The notes under the pieces: generated by a model
Told to the model about the DNA's origin: nothing
The model's input: only the letters and a program-made list of their open reading frames with translations
Database searches by the model: none
Position numbers and translations under genes: made by a program
Shown here: piece after piece, positions 10,757-22,259 of the stretch
Layout of the letters: each line of letters starts with the position of its first letter
How positions within the stretch are numbered: the first letter of the stretch is position 1
Source of the DNA: a virus
Lineage: Duplodnaviria; Caudoviricetes
DNA length: 64,000 nucleotides
Virus record (IMG/VR): IMGVR_UViG_3300028886_000028
Coordinates: 224,001 to 288,000 of that record
Strand: one strand, 5' to 3'

Positions 10757-11475
10757 TGAAAGTCGGAGATATTGTATATTATAAAGGAAAAGAATACTAT
10801 CTCTATAGTTTATATAAAGGAGATTTGTGTAGAATAGTTAGACTCAGGGATGGCAAATATACTCATACTAAAAATGGCGAAGAATGTTTGAATGCTAATA
10901 TAGTTAATTTAAATATAAATGAATTAAAGTATATGCTTGATTGTAAAAAAGTTGAATCATTAGTTGAAGAAAAAATGAACAATAAAAAAACAATAACAGT
11001 ATTACCTCAACTGAAATTTGATGAGTATTGCATTAAAACTGGATTGGATGATTCTAATGTAGAGAATGCAAATGATAAGGCGTTTATCTCCATAATTGGA
11101 ACTCCTGAATGTTTAATCTATTATCTTGATGAGGGCGATACAAAGCATCATTTTAAGGGTAATCATTCAAATGTGTTGAACCTTGATTTTGATGATATAG
11201 GATATGATGAATTCGAATGGGAAGGCCATATTTTTAAGGGTATGTCAATGGAACAGGCGCAAGAGCTGTTTGAATTCATAGAGAAAAACATAGATAAATC
11301 ATTTATAATCCATTGTAGAGCAGGCTTTAGTAGAAGTCAGGCTGTAGGTAATTTTATAAATGATTTCTATAAGGGAGAATTTTATTCAGATACTCTTTTA
11401 TCGCATCCTAATAAGGATGTTTATAGGAAGCTAAGTAGGTGCTATTATAAAAAATATAGGCCTGACTATGAGTGA
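10756..11475 (+). CDS. Cys-based protein tyrosine/dual-specificity phosphatase
   Basis: HCRAGFSRS CX5R loop; FDD acid loop. Confidence 0.8.
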   Translation: MKVGDIVYYKGKEYYLYSLYKGDLCRIVRLRDGKYTHTKNGEECLNANIVNLNINELKYMLDCKKVESLVEEKMNNKKTITVLPQLKFDEYCIKTGLDDSNVENANDKAFISIIGTPECLIYYLDEGDTKHHFKGNHSNVLNLDFDDIGYDEFEWEGHIFKGMSMEQAQELFEFIEKNIDKSFIIHCRAGFSRSQAVGNFINDFYKGEFYSDTLLSHPNKDVYRKLSRCYYKKYRPDYE

Positions 11476-11515
11476 TTTATTGATTTTATAGGAAAATAAT
11501 TTAATTTTTAAAAAG

Positions 11516-12067
11516 ATGAACGTTGACAAAATTTGCGAAGAAATAATATGGTATTCAAAAAAAGATGAAAAAACAGGAATGTGGATAATTCCTATTGTTA
11601 TTGATTTCGATTTTACTATTACAAAAGATTCTTCGTGGTTAAAAGGAACATTTACAGAAAATGACCATTGTATAGAAACAATGAAAAAATGGGAAAAAGA
11701 ATTTGGAGTCAAATTTATTCTTGAGACAATGCGTGGGGAAAAACATATTCAGCCAGCAATTGATTTTTGCAATTCAAAAGGGATAGGATTTTTTGGAATA
11801 GGAAGAAACCCTTTGCAAGACGCAGATGGGGACACCACATGTAAATGTTGGGGTATATGGGACATTGATGATAGGAATGCCGGAGTTTTTCTTGAAACTC
11901 CCAAAAATGGAAGACCTTATATTAATTGGATTTTGTTAGATATGTACCTTACTCCAATTTTGAAAAATGTAGTTAAGAGAATTTCAGAAGTTGAAGAAAG
12001 AGTTCTTGAGGCTAAAAGACTGGCAACAGAAGAAAATAAATATGTAGAAATAGATTATAGTTATTAA
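11516..12067 (+). CDS. HAD-superfamily protein
   Basis: IDFDFTI motif I, IDDRN motif IV. Confidence 0.7.
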   Translation: MNVDKICEEIIWYSKKDEKTGMWIIPIVIDFDFTITKDSSWLKGTFTENDHCIETMKKWEKEFGVKFILETMRGEKHIQPAIDFCNSKGIGFFGIGRNPLQDADGDTTCKCWGIWDIDDRNAGVFLETPKNGRPYINWILLDMYLTPILKNVVKRISEVEERVLEAKRLATEENKYVEIDYSY

Positions 12068-12070
12068 ATC

Positions 12071-12289
12071 ATGGATGAAACAAACGTATACATTTTTAAA
12101 AAGAAATATGAGTGCCAATTAGGCAAAATAGATGAAGGCAGAGCAATAACCACATTCAGGGGAATGATGTTTATTGATGGAGGTATGATTCCTGAACCTT
12201 ATGCCTCGGATATAAAAAAACTTTTTACAGATGACAAGTTTGTAAAAGAATATATCAGGGTTGAAAAAGCAATTAAAAATAAAGTATAA
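12071..12289 (+). CDS. hypothetical protein
   Basis: 72 aa operonic ORF. Confidence 0.6.
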   Translation: MDETNVYIFKKKYECQLGKIDEGRAITTFRGMMFIDGGMIPEPYASDIKKLFTDDKFVKEYIRVEKAIKNKV

Positions 12290-12302
12290 AATATAAAACA
12301 TT

Positions 12303-12716
12303 ATGAAAACAAAATTTTTTAGTTTGTGGGCAGAGGCCATAGATACAAACGGCGAGAAGCACTATGTTACAGTTGTTGGCAAGTTTACTCAAAATTATTT
12401 GCCGAAAGAAGTCACGCAGGAAGTTCCTGTGGAAATTAAGCCAGGAAGTGTTGTTAAAGGAAAATTATCATTCAATAAAAGAACTTTACACAGGGCTTTG
12501 ACGGTTGGAGTTTCAATTTGCCATCCTCTTGATGAATTTGACGAAGAGTTTGGAGTTGAACTAGCAAAAGCCCGTATTGAAAAAGGAGAAGATGCTGGAA
12601 CAATCGAAACAAATGATGTTACTATGTTAACTGAAGATTTGATTATGGCTGAACTGATTGGAAAACTTAGCTATATATGCAATAACATCGACAATTATTT
12701 AGGCAATAACATATAA
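12303..12716 (+). CDS. hypothetical protein
   Basis: 137 aa, followed by terminator at about 12737-12770. Confidence 0.65.
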   Translation: MKTKFFSLWAEAIDTNGEKHYVTVVGKFTQNYLPKEVTQEVPVEIKPGSVVKGKLSFNKRTLHRALTVGVSICHPLDEFDEEFGVELAKARIEKGEDAGTIETNDVTMLTEDLIMAELIGKLSYICNNIDNYLGNNI

Positions 12717-12808
12717 GTTGGCCCACAATAATTATAAAATGCAGTCAGAAATGGCTGTATTTTTTTTTTTGTTTACTGATATTTATTAGAAAAAAATACG
12801 TATAGAAT

Positions 12809-13321
12809 ATGAATAAAAAACTTATAAGATTAACAGAGAATGACCTTCATAGTATCGTTAGAAAAGCTGTAAACAAAATCATTAGAGAATCACAAGGATA
12901 TGTTCCTAATGATGGAAATGGAATGGTTGGAGGTTCTTGGGGTAGTAGAACATTATCTGCCACATATTATTTATACAATTATATAGATGATGCTTTATAT
13001 GATGCTGGTGCATTTGAAAATGAAGAAGATGGCAACAAAATTGATGAATTTATTAAACGTTGTGATTCAGAAGGCATTTTCAATGTAAAAGTAAATGTTG
13101 TAGAATCGTATGACAATTCAGTTGGAATTGATTATGATGCAGAAATAGAAAATATTGATTATGATGCAATTGATAGGGTTGAAAAGGTACTAAAAAATTT
13201 ACCAACAAAAAATCTAAAATTCAAGAAGGCAGCTTTGAATGGTCTTAAAACAGGGGTTGATAGACTTGAATCAGATAAATCAGTTATCGAAGATTTAGAT
13301 ATTGATTATGGCGAATACTAG
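12809..13321 (+). CDS. hypothetical protein with LTE leader (putative virion-internal)
   Basis: MNKKLIRLTENDLHSIVRKAVNKIIRE; GATATTTATT upstream. Confidence 0.65.
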   Translation: MNKKLIRLTENDLHSIVRKAVNKIIRESQGYVPNDGNGMVGGSWGSRTLSATYYLYNYIDDALYDAGAFENEEDGNKIDEFIKRCDSEGIFNVKVNVVESYDNSVGIDYDAEIENIDYDAIDRVEKVLKNLPTKNLKFKKAALNGLKTGVDRLESDKSVIEDLDIDYGEY

Positions 13322-13531
13322 TATTAGTAAAACATTTTGGGTCAACTTCTATGTTATTGCCATTATTTATAAAAAAGTTGATTTTTTCTTTCTGTAGCGA
13401 TATTTACTACGTCAAAAAGAGGATAGATATAGTAAAAATACATCCTTTAACATTATTTAACGCGGAATATTTGTTTATTCCGTGTTTTTTTTGTATCTTT
13501 GCTATAAATGTGTACATATGCTATGTTATTA

Positions 13532-13627
13532 TGACAAAATGGCAGAACAAGTTTGTCACATATGTTAAAAAAATGTTAAAAATTAACTGACAAAATGGCA
13601 TAAAACATTGTTTGGCACGTTATTTGT
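13532..13627 (+). promoter_or_regulatory. sigma-54-like promoter with duplicated upstream TGACAAAATGGCA boxes
   Basis: TGGCACG-TTAT-TTGT at 13613-13627; exact 13-bp repeats at 13532 and 13588. Confidence 0.55.
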
Positions 13628-13630
13628 GAT

Positions 13631-13870
13631 ATGAAAGTATATAAATTTGATAAAGAAAGCAATATTTGTTACAATATTATAATAGAAGAAGATAGTGGAG
13701 AAATAAGAGTTGCTTTTGTTGGCAGCAAACACATCACTGAATATATAGCACACGTTGTTAAACCTGAATATGGTTTTTCAAGGTTAATATATGGAAGTGG
13801 GTCATCAATGCCGTATAAAGATAGTAATGGTAAGTTATGCGAAAAATATTTTTTGATATATGAAGATTGA
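13631..13870 (+). CDS. hypothetical protein
   Basis: 79 aa ORF. Confidence 0.5.
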   Translation: MKVYKFDKESNICYNIIIEEDSGEIRVAFVGSKHITEYIAHVVKPEYGFSRLIYGSGSSMPYKDSNGKLCEKYFLIYED

Positions 13871-14162
13871 TAAAAAATATATTTTCAGACGCTTCTTTAA
13901 ACGCTTCTTTAAAGAAGAATTTCTTGAAATAGAGAATAAAAAACGGGCTATAAAGATTGCCAATGAAAATCTTCAATCTGTTAAAATAGAATTAAAAAAT
14001 TCTATTGAACGGGTAAATAAACTTATTGAAGAAAATACCATATTACGGCGTGAGAATGGTCAATTAAGAAACGAGGTAGATAAAACTAAAAAAGATATTA
14101 TTAATAGCAATGAATATAGAACGTTGCTTGAAAAATATAATGAATTATTATATAAAAAATAA
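13860..14162 (+). CDS. coiled-coil hypothetical protein
   Basis: 100 aa ORF. Confidence 0.6.
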   Translation: MKIDKKYIFRRFFKRFFKEEFLEIENKKRAIKIANENLQSVKIELKNSIERVNKLIEENTILRRENGQLRNEVDKTKKDIINSNEYRTLLEKYNELLYKK

Positions 14163-14183
14163 ATTTTTAAAATAAAAACAATT

Positions 14184-16070
14184 ATGTCTAAAATTATTGG
14201 AATTGATTTAGGAACTGGTAACAGTTGTATTTCTGTTTTTGAAGGTGGAGCACCTGTTGTTGTAGTTAATTCTGAAGGAAAACGTACAACTCCTTCTGTA
14301 ATTGGTTTTGACAAGGGAGAAATTAAAGTTGGTGAAAGTGCAAAACGTCAGGCTGTAACTAATCCTAAGAACACCGTTCACTCAATTAAGCGTTTTATGG
14401 GTAACACCTATAAAGAATGTGAAGAAGAAGCTACAAGAGTTCAGTACGAAGTTGTTAATGACGGTGGCTTTCCTCGTGTAAATATTGACGGTAAAAAATA
14501 TACACCGCAGGAGTTATCTGCTATGATTCTTCAAAAAATGAAGAAAACAGCAGAAGACTATCTGGGAGAAGAAGTAAAAGAAGCAGTGATTACTGTTCCT
14601 GCATATTTTTCTGATTCTCAACGTCAAGCAACTAAAGAAGCAGGCGAAATTGCTGGGCTAAATGTGAAACGTATTATTAACGAGCCAACAGCAGCAGCAC
14701 TTGCATACGGTATTGATAAAGCAAATGAAGACCGCGTTGTTGCTGTAATTGACGCAGGTTGCGGAACATATGATGTTTCTATACTTTCTTTTGGCGGTGG
14801 TGTGTTTGAAGTTCTTTCTACCAATGGCAACACTCACCTTGGAGGTGATGATTTTGACCAGGTAATAATTGATTGGCTGGTTGATGAATTTATGCATAAA
14901 GAAGGGGTAGATATTTCAAAAGACCCAATGGCTATGCAGCGTTTGAAAGAAGCCGCTGAAAAGGCTAAGATTGAACTTTCAACCTCAAAAAGCACAGACA
15001 TTAGTCTTCCTTATATTGTGGCTGTTAGTGGAGAGCCAAAGCATCTTAATGAAACTCTAACTCGTGCTAAGTTTGAGCAACTTGCAAGTAAGTTAATTTC
15101 TCTGCATAGAGGCCCTATTATTGAAGCATTAAAGGCAGCATCATTGGACGCTAAAGATGTTAACGATGTAATACTTGTAGGAGGTACTACACGTATACCG
15201 GCTATTCAAAATCTTGTTAAAGATATATTTGGAAAAGAGCCATCACACGCAGTTAACCCTGATGAAGCAGTGGCTTTAGGGGCATCAATACAAGGCGCAG
15301 TTCTTAATAAAGAGTCTGGAGTGGGAGATATTGTTCTTCTTGATGTTACTCCACTTACGTTAGGAATTGAAACTATGGGTGGAGTAATGACAAAGTTGAT
15401 TGAAGCAAATACTACTATCCCATTTAAGAAAAGCGAAACATTCTCAACAGCAGCTGATAATCAAACTGAGGTAACAGTACATGTTTTGCAAGGTGAGCGT
15501 CCTATGGCGGCAGATAATAAGTCTATTGGAAAGTTCAATCTAACAGGAATCATACCAGCAAGGAGGGGAGTACCTCAGATTGAAGTAACATTCGACATTG
15601 ATGCAAATGGCATTCTCACTGTGTCTGCAAAGGATAAGGCTACTGGCCGTGAGCAGAAGATTCGTATTGAGGCTTCAAGTAATTTGTCGAAAGATGAAGT
15701 TGAGCGTATGAAAGCTGAAGCCGCTGCAAATGCTGATGCGGATAAAAAAGTACGTGAAACTGCTGACGCGATAAACAAGGGCGAATCTATTGCTTTCTCT
15801 AATGAAAAAATGCTAGAAGAACAAAAAGATAATGTCAACGAGGAAGAAAAATCTAAGATTGAAGGCCTTATAAAAGACATGAGAGAAGCAGTAGCAAATA
15901 AAGATGTAAAACGTATTGGAGAAATAGAAGAGGCATTTAAAACAGCTTGGAATTCTGTTTCAGAACGTGTATATAGCACTCAGTCAGCGCAGCCAAATGA
16001 TAGCACTGTTAATACAGAGCAGACTAACGCTGAAAATGTACAAGATGCTGAATATACAGAAGTTTCGTAA
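14184..16070 (+). CDS. dnaK: chaperone DnaK (Hsp70)
   Basis: [47 protein letters not shown]. Confidence 0.98.
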   Translation: MSKIIGIDLGTGNSCISVFEGGAPVVVVNSEGKRTTPSVIGFDKGEIKVGESAKRQAVTNPKNTVHSIKRFMGNTYKECEEEATRVQYEVVNDGGFPRVNIDGKKYTPQELSAMILQKMKKTAEDYLGEEVKEAVITVPAYFSDSQRQATKEAGEIAGLNVKRIINEPTAAALAYGIDKANEDRVVAVIDAGCGTYDVSILSFGGGVFEVLSTNGNTHLGGDDFDQVIIDWLVDEFMHKEGVDISKDPMAMQRLKEAAEKAKIELSTSKSTDISLPYIVAVSGEPKHLNETLTRAKFEQLASKLISLHRGPIIEALKAASLDAKDVNDVILVGGTTRIPAIQNLVKDIFGKEPSHAVNPDEAVALGASIQGAVLNKESGVGDIVLLDVTPLTLGIETMGGVMTKLIEANTTIPFKKSETFSTAADNQTEVTVHVLQGERPMAADNKSIGKFNLTGIIPARRGVPQIEVTFDIDANGILTVSAKDKATGREQKIRIEASSNLSKDEVERMKAEAAANADADKKVRETADAINKGESIAFSNEKMLEEQKDNVNEEEKSKIEGLIKDMREAVANKDVKRIGEIEEAFKTAWNSVSERVYSTQSAQPNDSTVNTEQTNAENVQDAEYTEVS

Positions 16071-16175
16071 ATTCAGTTACTAGCATAAACGCCCCAAAAT
16101 GGTAAACTCTGTTTTGGGGCATTATTTTTAATGGAAAATTTCTTTTTTTCCAAAAAAAAGTGTATATTTGTATAT

Positions 16176-16619
16176 ATGACATTAAAACAGTTATTGTTAA
16201 GGTATTTAAAAGAAAAAGGATTTTATAGCATTTTAAGCGAGAAAGCATATTCTAGCTTAGTTAGAAACAACATAAGAAATGGTAAAGAGTCTTTTTTTCT
16301 TGCTAATTTTATAATTGTGTTAAGTGATTCCATGAAACGTTATGAATGGCAGAAATATCAAAGTAATGTATTAAAATTTTTTAACGAATGGGCTAGAAAT
16401 GAATACAGCGTAAAATCAGGTGACACAATAACTGTTAATACAATTGATGGGAAGTATTCATATGATTTTATAGTTACATGCGTTAATGAATATACTTTAT
16501 CTGTTTTATTAGAAAATGGAAATTCAATAGATTTAGATAGAATTATTGCGGTTAATGGAAAGCCTACTGATTTTTTACATGGCTGGCATTTTAAAAAAAA
16601 TATTGATTACATATATTAG
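16176..16619 (+). CDS. hypothetical protein (RxLKE family)
   Basis: ATG directly after TGTATATTTG box; [11 protein letters not shown]. Confidence 0.6.
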   Translation: MTLKQLLLRYLKEKGFYSILSEKAYSSLVRNNIRNGKESFFLANFIIVLSDSMKRYEWQKYQSNVLKFFNEWARNEYSVKSGDTITVNTIDGKYSYDFIVTCVNEYTLSVLLENGNSIDLDRIIAVNGKPTDFLHGWHFKKNIDYIY

Positions 16620-16621
16620 GA

Positions 16622-17704
16622 ATGAATAATATGAAAGATTATTACAATATATTAGGCATAACAGAAGAAGAAAAAAAATTGAGCAATGAAGAGTTTGCTA
16701 AAGTTTTAAAGAAAAAATATCGTTCAATCTGTTTGAAGTATCATCCTGACAAAAATCCTGGCAATAAGGAGGCAGAAGAAAAATTTAAAGAAGCAGCTGA
16801 AGCCTATTCTGTTCTTAGTGATGAAAAGAAAAGAAAAGAATATGACAATCCAGTAACAGGAGGAAACAATTTTAATTCAGGCTTCAATTTCAACGATTTC
16901 AATATTGATGAAATACTCAATAGCTTTGGGTTTGGTAGCATGGGTGGTTTCAGAAGCAGTGTGAAAACAGTGCAAATAGGAGGCAATATAAGACTTAGAA
17001 TGCGTTTATCGTTGAAAGAAATGTATGATGGCATAAAAAAGAAAATAAAATACCATAGAAATAATAAATGCACTGATTGTGATGGTAAAGGCACTACTAA
17101 AGATAGTAAAACAGAAAGATGCAAACATTGTGGAGGGACAGGCAGGCTTTATACCAATAATGGATTCTTCCAACAAATAACTACGTGTCATTATTGTGGC
17201 GGTAGTGGAAGTGTTACAACTAACCCTTGCCCTAGTTGTGGGGGAAATGGTATTGTTGATACCGTTCAAGAAATAGAAATTGATGTTCCAAAGGGGGCTT
17301 TCCAAGGTATGCAATTAACAGTACATGGTTATGGTCATGCTCCTAAAAATATGAACGGGCAATTTGGTGATTTAATAATTGAGATACTAGATAAAGAAAA
17401 TGATGAAAAATACGAAAGGGAAGGCAATGATTTAAAAATGGACATAGAAGTTCCAGTAATAGATGCTATACTTGGGTGTGATATTACAGTTGAAACCATT
17501 AACGGCAAAAAATTGAAAGCTAAAGTGCCAAGTGGTATTGAAGACGGATATACAATGCGTTTTTCTAAATATGGTATGCCCATATATGGAAGAAATGACT
17601 TCGGCGATTTGTACGGCGTTATAAAAATTAAAATGCCAAAAAAGATAAATGACGAAGAAAGAAAAGTTTTAGAAGGTTTAAAAAAGAATAATAATTTCGC
17701 GTAA
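16622..17704 (+). CDS. dnaJ: chaperone DnaJ
   Basis: HPD J-domain, G/F region, four CxxCxGxG repeats. Confidence 0.97.
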   Translation: MNNMKDYYNILGITEEEKKLSNEEFAKVLKKKYRSICLKYHPDKNPGNKEAEEKFKEAAEAYSVLSDEKKRKEYDNPVTGGNNFNSGFNFNDFNIDEILNSFGFGSMGGFRSSVKTVQIGGNIRLRMRLSLKEMYDGIKKKIKYHRNNKCTDCDGKGTTKDSKTERCKHCGGTGRLYTNNGFFQQITTCHYCGGSGSVTTNPCPSCGGNGIVDTVQEIEIDVPKGAFQGMQLTVHGYGHAPKNMNGQFGDLIIEILDKENDEKYEREGNDLKMDIEVPVIDAILGCDITVETINGKKLKAKVPSGIEDGYTMRFSKYGMPIYGRNDFGDLYGVIKIKMPKKINDEERKVLEGLKKNNNFA

Positions 17705-17713
17705 AAATATATT

Positions 17714-18772
17714 ATGAGACAAGAAAAAAATAGTTCGTTTGAAAGATATTGTCAATATACTATAAAAGGCGATGGGTATTACCCCATGCACAGTACAGTA
17801 ACAATAATTCCTGCCGGCTTTTATAAACCTGCTCAGGATTCGTATAGTGGGGAATATTTTTTGCAGAAAAAAACGGTAATAACCCCCAAACTTTATCTTT
17901 TGCCAAATGAAGCAAAAGAGATTATTTTTAATGACATACAACGATTCTGGGAATCAGAAGAAAGGTATAGAAAATTTCAAAGTGTATACAAAAGGAATAT
18001 TTTGTTATACTCTATACCAGGTAACGGAAAAACTTGTCTTATTAATTTAATGTGTAAAGAACTTATTGAAAAATATGATGGCATAATTATTTGCATTGAT
18101 ACACATAAAGAGTTGGATTATTACACTAAAGTAATGAGTAAATTTAGACAAGTAGAGCCTAATAGGAAAATTATAACTATAATAGAGGATTTTGAAAGGC
18201 TTGCAAAGGACGATTATTATTCTGCTCTTCTTTTACAAATATTAGATGGTAATGAACAATTGGATAGTATTGTTACTATTGCTACTACAAATTACCCTGA
18301 GAATTTGGAAAAAAGATGGACATGTAGGCCAAGCAGATTCAATCTAATTCTTGAATATAAAAAGCCTGATGCTAAAGTAAGGGAATATTACATATATAAT
18401 AAACTTAAAGACGGGGGTATTAACGTTGAATCCGATGAAGTTAAAAACGACATACGACGTTATGTAGAAAAAACAGAAGGCTTTACTTTCGACTTTGTTA
18501 AAGAGGCTATACAAGGTATATATGTAGATAACATATCAGAAGAAGAAATATTCGAAAGAATCGAAAAATCAAGGAAAAATAATGGCTCTTATAAAATAAC
18601 AGAAGACGATGGGAGGCAAATTGGTTTCCATGATGAAGGAGAATGTTGTTGCAATGAAGGAGTGATAACTCATACAGAGCATGGGCCAATAATTTATCCT
18701 GAAGAATATGAGGAATATGATGATATGTATGAGAGAGACGATGTTATCATAAAACCATTGCATGAACATTGA
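17714..18772 (+). CDS. AAA+ ATPase
   Basis: IPGNGKT Walker A, IIEDFE Walker B, ATTNYPE, RPSRF. Confidence 0.85.
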   Translation: MRQEKNSSFERYCQYTIKGDGYYPMHSTVTIIPAGFYKPAQDSYSGEYFLQKKTVITPKLYLLPNEAKEIIFNDIQRFWESEERYRKFQSVYKRNILLYSIPGNGKTCLINLMCKELIEKYDGIIICIDTHKELDYYTKVMSKFRQVEPNRKIITIIEDFERLAKDDYYSALLLQILDGNEQLDSIVTIATTNYPENLEKRWTCRPSRFNLILEYKKPDAKVREYYIYNKLKDGGINVESDEVKNDIRRYVEKTEGFTFDFVKEAIQGIYVDNISEEEIFERIEKSRKNNGSYKITEDDGRQIGFHDEGECCCNEGVITHTEHGPIIYPEEYEEYDDMYERDDVIIKPLHEH

Positions 18773-18777
18773 AAAAT

Positions 18778-19383
18778 ATGATTAAAATTATAAGTGATAC
18801 TGATTTATATGAAGATATTGATAAATATGATGTAATTTTAATAGGGACAAATATATACTGTAGTATGTCTCAGGGGTTTCAGAGGAAAATAATGTTAAAT
18901 TTTCCATATGTTCAAGATAAAAATATGAGTACAAAGTATGGCGATGAAGCTAAACTAGGAACAATAATTGAATGTAAAAAAGAAGGAAACCCAACATTTG
19001 TATTACTATATATAAATAAAGGAAATTTTAGGCCGGATTTAAAAAAAGATTATTTATCATATGAATCACTTGAAAAAGTATTAAAAATAATTAATATTTT
19101 ATACAAAGGAAAAAAAGTGGCCAGCACCATAATAGGCGCAAGTAAATTTGACGGAAATGGAGACAAAGATAAAATATTAAATATAATTTCTAATAATACA
19201 TCAAATATTGATTTAACTTTATATGATTATGTTCAATTAAGCCGTTCGGAAGAATTAAAAAAAATAAGAACGAATGAGTTGAAAATTAAAGAAACAGATT
19301 TAGATGCTTATTATGATGCAGTCAAAAAAAGGAAAGAAGAGGCAAACAAAAGAATAAAAAATAATGGACACGCTAGATATTAA
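18778..19383 (+). CDS. macrodomain-like protein
   Basis: DLY..DVILIGTNIYCSMSQG and IIGASKFDGNG resemble macro-fold loops. Confidence 0.55.
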   Translation: MIKIISDTDLYEDIDKYDVILIGTNIYCSMSQGFQRKIMLNFPYVQDKNMSTKYGDEAKLGTIIECKKEGNPTFVLLYINKGNFRPDLKKDYLSYESLEKVLKIINILYKGKKVASTIIGASKFDGNGDKDKILNIISNNTSNIDLTLYDYVQLSRSEELKKIRTNELKIKETDLDAYYDAVKKRKEEANKRIKNNGHARY

Positions 19384-19388
19384 GAATT

Positions 19389-19766
19389 ATGATTAAAAGA
19401 ATTGAAATTACAGAAGATATTTTAAAAGTTATACCTATTATATTTTTACAAGAAAAAGTTGGACTTGATGGTAGTAAAGAAGTAAATATTGATTCGAATC
19501 ATTTATATAGTATAGGATTTGGATTAATTGAAGATTTGGCTATGGCTTTAGGAATATATGATAGGGCAATAAAAGGTACAGAAGATGACCCCGAAGGTAG
19601 AGCCTTTAGCGAAGAAGATACGAACTATATATTGTCGCTTCATAAGTATGTTTCTGATAACATATATTATATAGAATCTCTTATACATCAATTTGTGGTT
19701 AAAGGCGGCTTGGAGGTAGGAGTATATAAAACAAAGGATAATGAATTAATTTGGCTACGAGAGTAG
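19389..19766 (+). CDS. hypothetical protein
   Basis: 125 aa ORF. Confidence 0.65.
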   Translation: MIKRIEITEDILKVIPIIFLQEKVGLDGSKEVNIDSNHLYSIGFGLIEDLAMALGIYDRAIKGTEDDPEGRAFSEEDTNYILSLHKYVSDNIYYIESLIHQFVVKGGLEVGVYKTKDNELIWLRE

Positions 19767-19800
19767 ACTTTTAACATTTTTTAACTGAAAATATTTGTTT

Positions 19801-20094
19801 ATGTCAAAAAAAAGCAGTACCTTTGCAAACGATTATGAAGAACCAACAGTGTTAGCAACATATCCTAAAAAAGGAATACCTGTGCTTACTGGGGAAGCAG
19901 CAGAGAGATTTATAAAGATTGCTGAAGAAAATGAAAGAAAGGCTAAAGAAAGAGAAAATAGGCCCGTAACAAAAGAAGAGGCTAAAAAAATTATAGGCTT
20001 CAAAAAAGTAATGCTAGAGTATGAAAAAAACAATATTGAAAAATTAGAAAAGGAAATAAAAAAATTAGAAGAAATTATTAATTCACATAATTAA
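19801..20094 (+). CDS. hypothetical coiled-coil protein
   Basis: IPVLTGEAAERF; start uncertain. Confidence 0.5.
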   Translation: MSKKSSTFANDYEEPTVLATYPKKGIPVLTGEAAERFIKIAEENERKAKERENRPVTKEEAKKIIGFKKVMLEYEKNNIEKLEKEIKKLEEIINSHN

Positions 20095-20621
20095 TGGCAA
20101 AAAACAAAAACATTTTAAACACGCCAAAATTTCGTATCAATGACGAAATAACAGGCTACAATGATGTAAGAATCGTTGGAGAAGGAATTGAAAGTAAAGT
20201 TGTTGGACTATCTGAGGCTAAAAAAATAGCCGATGAAATGGAAATGGATTTAATTGAAATTAATTCATCGTCCAAGCCTCCAATTCTTAAAATTGCTTCT
20301 TATGAAAAAATGATTTATGAATTAAAAAAAGCCGCTAAAAAAAACAAGCAAGCATCAAAGCCATTAAAGGAAGTACAGTTATCAGTAAATATTACTGACC
20401 ATGACTTAGCGACAAAGGCTAATAATGCAAGGAAATTCATTGAAAGTGGTAGCAAGGTTAAAGTTACACTAACAATGAAGGGACGAGAATTGGCTAGAAG
20501 GGATGACAATAAACGTTCTATACTTGAATTTATTGTAATGCTTGAAGATGTTGCAGTACCAGAGTCACAACCACGCGATGATGGTAATAAAACAATTGTT
20601 ATACTTAAAAAGAAAGGTTAA
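20094..20621 (+). CDS. infC: translation initiation factor IF-3
   Basis: RINDEI..VRIVG, MDLIEI, PPILKI, KEVQLSVNITDHDL, KVKVTL..KGRE. Confidence 0.92.
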   Translation: MAKNKNILNTPKFRINDEITGYNDVRIVGEGIESKVVGLSEAKKIADEMEMDLIEINSSSKPPILKIASYEKMIYELKKAAKKNKQASKPLKEVQLSVNITDHDLATKANNARKFIESGSKVKVTLTMKGRELARRDDNKRSILEFIVMLEDVAVPESQPRDDGNKTIVILKKKG

Positions 20622-20629
20622 ATTAAAAT

Positions 20630-21589
20630 ATGGCAGTTACACCTAACATTAAAACAACAAACAACTATTTTGAGAGGACTGAAACTCTTGTAAAATACTA
20701 TCATGATGCTAACGAGTATGATGTGATGGATGCCGATAAAGAAAAAGAAGTTTTTATGCTTCTTGATGAAGGCAAGAAAAACATCAAAAAAGCGCATGAT
20801 ATTGGCGATAAAAAACTAGAGGCAGAATATAAAAAAGAAGTTGCGTCTCTTCGTGACTTTATCATAAATTCAAACCTTCGTTTTGTTATTTCCGTCGCAA
20901 GAGTGTATGCCACAAATAATAACATTCTTGATTTAATTGACGAAGGTAATATTGGCCTCATTGAGGCAGTTGACACTTTCGATGTGAGCCTTGGCAATCG
21001 TTTCCAAACTCATGCAATTTATCTAATTAGGCAGAAAATAAATTTGTTCCGCCAAAATGATGATTTGCTTATCCGGAAAAATAACGAGTCTAAAACTTAT
21101 CATATTATTTCTAATATGACTAACAAGTTCATACAAGAGTTCCACAGAGAGCCTAATAGTGATGAATTGAAGGACTATATTAATAAGCATTATCCTAACG
21201 CGAAAATTAAAGATTCGGCTGACGTTCTTAATGTAAGAGTTTCTTCAATTGATGAACCAGTTAGTTCTGATGATGATGATGCTAATATTGGTAACATAAC
21301 AGCATTTAATGCTTACAGCGCTTCAGCAAATGATTATGAGAATAGAGTGGAAATTGAACACCTTAGTTCTCTAGTCAATACTTTAATGAGAAATTTATCC
21401 GAAAGGGATAAAAAAATTATTAAGATGTATTTTGGAATAGAACAGAAATTTAACGCACCCTGTCCTGTTTCAGAAATTGCTGAAAAAACAGACCTTACAA
21501 AAGAACGTGTTCGTCAAATTGTGGCAGATGTGCAGAAGAAAATGAGAGACGAATATGAAAAGAATATTGAAAGGTTTTTAAATAATTAA
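20630..21589 (+). CDS. sigma-70 family RNA polymerase sigma factor (RpoD-like)
   Basis: NLRFVISVAR, DLIDEGNIGLIEAVDTFD, TKERVRQI. Confidence 0.92.
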   Translation: MAVTPNIKTTNNYFERTETLVKYYHDANEYDVMDADKEKEVFMLLDEGKKNIKKAHDIGDKKLEAEYKKEVASLRDFIINSNLRFVISVARVYATNNNILDLIDEGNIGLIEAVDTFDVSLGNRFQTHAIYLIRQKINLFRQNDDLLIRKNNESKTYHIISNMTNKFIQEFHREPNSDELKDYINKHYPNAKIKDSADVLNVRVSSIDEPVSSDDDDANIGNITAFNAYSASANDYENRVEIEHLSSLVNTLMRNLSERDKKIIKMYFGIEQKFNAPCPVSEIAEKTDLTKERVRQIVADVQKKMRDEYEKNIERFLNN

Positions 21590-21615
21590 AGGGCAACAAA
21601 AGTTGCCCTTTTTTT
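21588..21615. terminator. bidirectional terminator
   Basis: aaagggcaac-aaaa-gttgcccttttt. Confidence 0.8.
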
Positions 21616-22141
21616 ATATTTGTTCTTTCGCTAGTTCTCTACGTATTTTATATGCTTCTTTTTTCTTAAGCCTATATTTAGAACCATTATCATTTCTAAG
21701 ACCCTTAATCTTTTTTCTTAACTGTGATTGAGCACCTTGAGGCGTATGCCCAGGATAAACACGTTTAGCTAATGCAGCAACATCAATCAAATCGCTGTCA
21801 ATGATGTCAGCCAAATCTTCTGCGTCCTGGTTGTTAAGGTTTGGGTTAGTTTCTCTATCAAGTTTTGCATTGAAATCAGTCCTTAAACCATTTTTAAGTT
21901 TTTTACCATTCTTAATTATATCCTTTGCCTTTTTCACCTTTTCTTTTGCTGTTTTCTTTCCTTTTTTCGCAGCATCCCTAACATCTTTTTTAAGCCTTTT
22001 AACGTCTTTTTTCTCTTTTTTTTCTTTTTTACTTATTTCTGAAATGATGCATTCATCAATAATAGAATCCATTCTATTTTCATTAACTATATCATATATG
22101 TAATTGTTGATGCTTTCAGCTATAATTTTGTTTATATTCAT
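21614..22141 (-). CDS. basic hypothetical protein with IIAESIN leader
   Basis: Lys-rich, 175 aa; GATATTTATA upstream on minus strand. Confidence 0.7.
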   Translation of the reverse strand: MNINKIIAESINNYIYDIVNENRMDSIIDECIISEISKKEKKEKKDVKRLKKDVRDAAKKGKKTAKEKVKKAKDIIKNGKKLKNGLRTDFNAKLDRETNPNLNNQDAEDLADIIDSDLIDVAALAKRVYPGHTPQGAQSQLRKKIKGLRNDNGSKYRLKKKEAYKIRRELAKEQI

Positions 22142-22225
22142 AATGTTTTTATATTTTTATATAAATATCTTTTAACATCAATTTAACATTTTTTTACAAA
22201 TAAAATTTTTTTATTTGATTTTTTT

Positions 22226-22239
22226 CTTGTATATTTGCA
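22226..22239 (+). promoter_or_regulatory. representative host-type (Bacteroidota sigma-A) early promoter, about 25 copies
   Basis: T-run + GTATATTTGCA (TAnnTTTG); also near 9874, 16161, 23982, 27764, 32378, 33768, 37842, 40413, 41581, 45076, 48158, 52303, 56119, 57492, 61519, 63749. Confidence 0.85.
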
Positions 22240-22259
22240 TAAATCAAAAAGACAAAAAT

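Noticed and set aside
13351-13590. 79-aa ORF
   Set aside because: Spans promoter and repeat elements; likely non-coding.
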